A stretch of DNA of 62,999 nucleotides, counting the filler, from Folioceros fuciformis (lineage: Eukaryota): the NCBI GenBank assembly GCA_049999805.1. It is 14 parts of 14 records of this genome, joined end to end, with 100 filler letters (N's around TTAATTAATTAA, not from the genome) between each part and the next. Parts side by side here need not be neighbours in the genome. Positions count along the whole stretch, not along the records: positions 54,681 to 62,999 come from JBNGIO010003045.1; 13 more parts are not named here. One strand, given 5' to 3'. Positions 61,006 to 62,999 of this stretch are shown here, one piece after another (the stretch's first letter is position 1; the number at the start of each line of letters is the position of its first letter). The notes under the pieces were generated by a model. It was not told where the DNA came from. It searched no databases and worked only from the letters and a program-made list of their open reading frames with translations. Made by a program: the position numbers and the translations under genes.

Positions 61006-62037
61006 ATGGACTTTGCCGGCATGGAGCCGTATCCTGTGAGGTGCACCCCGTTTGTAAGTATCTTATATGCCTTCATTCTTGTGATAAGGCTCAAGATTAA
61101 ACGCCGCTTGCTGGAGCTCACCATGTCGCCCTCTACATACGAAAATTCTCCCAGGCGGCGGCTTAGAGCCTATGTGCGGGATAGCTAAGGCCGATTCACC
61201 AGAAGAGCTCGGACACCTGTCAGCGATGCTAACAATGAGATTGTGCAGGCTGCTATAGCGCGCGGTGCTGGATTGGTGAGGCACCCAAGAGGAAGGCCGC
61301 GAGGCAGAGGGAGAAGGAGAAGAGCAGTTGCGCTGTCTGCTCCAGTCATGCCCAGCCCTTCTCGCCCGGCTGCACCAACTCTAAAAACCACCAGCATCCA
61401 TCACAGTCGCGAGCCTGAGTATGAATACCAGGATCATGAGGCTCTACTAAGTAAACCCTCGATGTTTCCAGACACTGAAGACTATCTGGAGGAGACTAGA
61501 ATTGTCACCCTTGGCAGCATCACTAATCTTGGATCACCTGTTTGGTACATATGCACAAACAGCCGCCTTTTGATGAAGAGGTTTTGTGTCTAGGCTTGCC
61601 AAGAATATCCAAATCATGTTGTCAGCCACTATCGTAAGTTGATCACACCCTTTGATTTATGCTGCCACCATTTGTAGCAGATTGCTGCCCTAACTCCCAC
61701 TTACTACTGAAACTGTGAATGTTGTGTTGACATAGGTTCTAAAATAAGGCTGCGTGAGGAAGAGAGGTTGAGAACTGAGGCACGCATCAGAGAGGAAGAG
61801 CAACTGTCCTATGAGGACAGGAAGAAACGAAACAGTTCAGGTTCCTTTGAAGATGCCTCCAACTCACAGTCCTTTGAATCTAGGTTGCTTGGTTCTGACA
61901 ACGAAGAAGTGTCCTCCCATGAGTTAGAATCACAGCACTCTGATTCTGAAAGTGAAGAAATGAATTCCCCAAGGACTCCAGATTCCATCAACTATCCAAC
62001 AAGCAACCATTCAAACTCCAACTGTAGCTGGGATTAG
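61006..62037 (+). pseudogene. Antisense extra ORF in the 3' spacer of Copia-E (343 codons, four internal stops)
   Basis: ORFs 61006..61188, 61243..61593 and 61768..62037 share one frame with no frameshift. Internal stops TAA, TAG, TAG, TGA. Contains PRGRPR, a Cys/His cluster and an acidic Ser-rich tail. Confidence 0.7.
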
Positions 62038-62060
62038 GCATAGCTTGTTGTTTCCTTTTG

Positions 62061-62999
62061 TTACTGTGACTGTAGAAAGTCTTCAGACTTCCCCATACCA
62101 AGACTTTTAACATGCCTCGCATGCAGATCCCTTCCAAGGGATTTAGTAAGTATGTTAGCTGGATTATCAGCTGTTGGGATATATTGTAGTGTGATTTTTC
62201 CAGCTTGCACTAGCTCTCTGATAAAGTGGTATTTCACTTCAACATGCTTGGTTCTTGAGTGAAACACTAGATTTTTGGCTAATGCAATTGAGCCTTGGTT
62301 GTCTGTGTTTATACCTGTACAAGTTGGTAAGCTTATGCCCTTTTCTTTAAACAATATCTTGAGCCATACAACTTCTTTAGCAGCAACAGTTAGGACTCTA
62401 TATTCAGCCTCTGTACTGGACAGGGCTACTGTTGGCTGCTTTTTGCTGCTCCAACAGATAGGGCCTCCATCAAAACAAATAACATACCCTGATACTGACT
62501 TCCTTGTGTGTATGTCCCCTGCATAGTCAGAGTCAGTATATACCTCTAGGTCTAGGGCATCCTTTTGATGATGATACTTCAGCCCTAAGTCTGTTGTACC
62601 CTTTAGGTATCTAAACACTCGTTTAAGACTTTGCCAGTGTTCTTGACCAGGGTTTTCTAAGTACTGGGATAGCACACTTGTAGAATATGCTATCTCTAGT
62701 CTAGTTGTATTGGAGGCATAGATTAATTTCCCTACACCCTTCCCGTAAGGTATGTTAGCCATAGCATCCTTCTCATTTTGTGTTTCAGGACTCATGTCTG
62801 TGCTGAGTTTAAGTCCATTAGGAAGTGGGGTTGCTGCAGGTTTAGCATCCTTAAGCCCCATTTGTTCAGCACTATCTAGGATGTACCTAGGCTGAGTTAG
62901 AGTGATAAGTCTTCTACTCCTATCTTGCTGAACATGTATTCCTAGATAGCCGTGAAGTGGTCCTAGGTTTGTCATCTCAAATTTAACTGCTAACAGTCC
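62061..62999 (-). CDS. Copia element E pol C-terminus (RT end + RNase H), runs off the window
   Basis: MTNLGPLHGYLGI, YTDSDYAGD, ALSSTEAEY, DNQG, RTKHVEVKYHFIRE; open throughout. Confidence 0.96.
   Translation of the reverse strand, partial: GLLAVKFEMTNLGPLHGYLGIHVQQDRSRRLITLTQPRYILDSAEQMGLKDAKPAATPLPNGLKLSTDMSPETQNEKDAMANIPYGKGVGKLIYASNTTRLEIAYSTSVLSQYLENPGQEHWQSLKRVFRYLKGTTDLGLKYHHQKDALDLEVYTDSDYAGDIHTRKSVSGYVICFDGGPICWSSKKQPTVALSSTEAEYRVLTVAAKEVVWLKILFKEKGISLPTCTGINTDNQGSIALAKNLVFHSRTKHVEVKYHFIRELVQAGKITLQYIPTADNPANILTKSLGRDLHARHVKSLGMGKSEDFLQSQ

Overview
Eukaryotic, land-plant-type nuclear DNA; the retroelement lineages and short introns suggest a non-seed plant, which is an inference. 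The window is 14 contigs joined by 13 artificial 100-bp linkers (44 N + TTAATTAATTAA + 44 N), so order and orientation across gaps are unverified. Most of the sequence is nested, decayed LTR retrotransposons. These include several Ty1/Copia families, among them a Tnt1/Tork-like family present five times, and several Ty3/Gypsy elements. There is also a 5'-truncated LINE with a 14-bp TSD, a PIF/Harbinger transposase fragment, GC-rich low-complexity tracts and short tandem arrays. One intact host gene is clear: a 9-exon LIP1-like acid triacylglycerol lipase (57614-59629, minus) with a GC-AG intron. An unidentified spliced gene lies next to it. Highlights: (1) a Gypsy integrase ending in a frameshift-hidden PHD finger instead of a chromodomain, with an LTR carrying a 102-bp terminal direct repeat; (2) two Copia elements that each carry a long antisense ORF between RNase H and the PPT, hidden by point nonsense mutations, one with an AT-hook-like motif and a Cys/His cluster; (3) a LINE 5' junction with reiterated copies of its own target site; (4) a gag-only (TR-GAG-like) element; (5) a 162-bp LTR + PBS followed by an ORF that does not look like gag.
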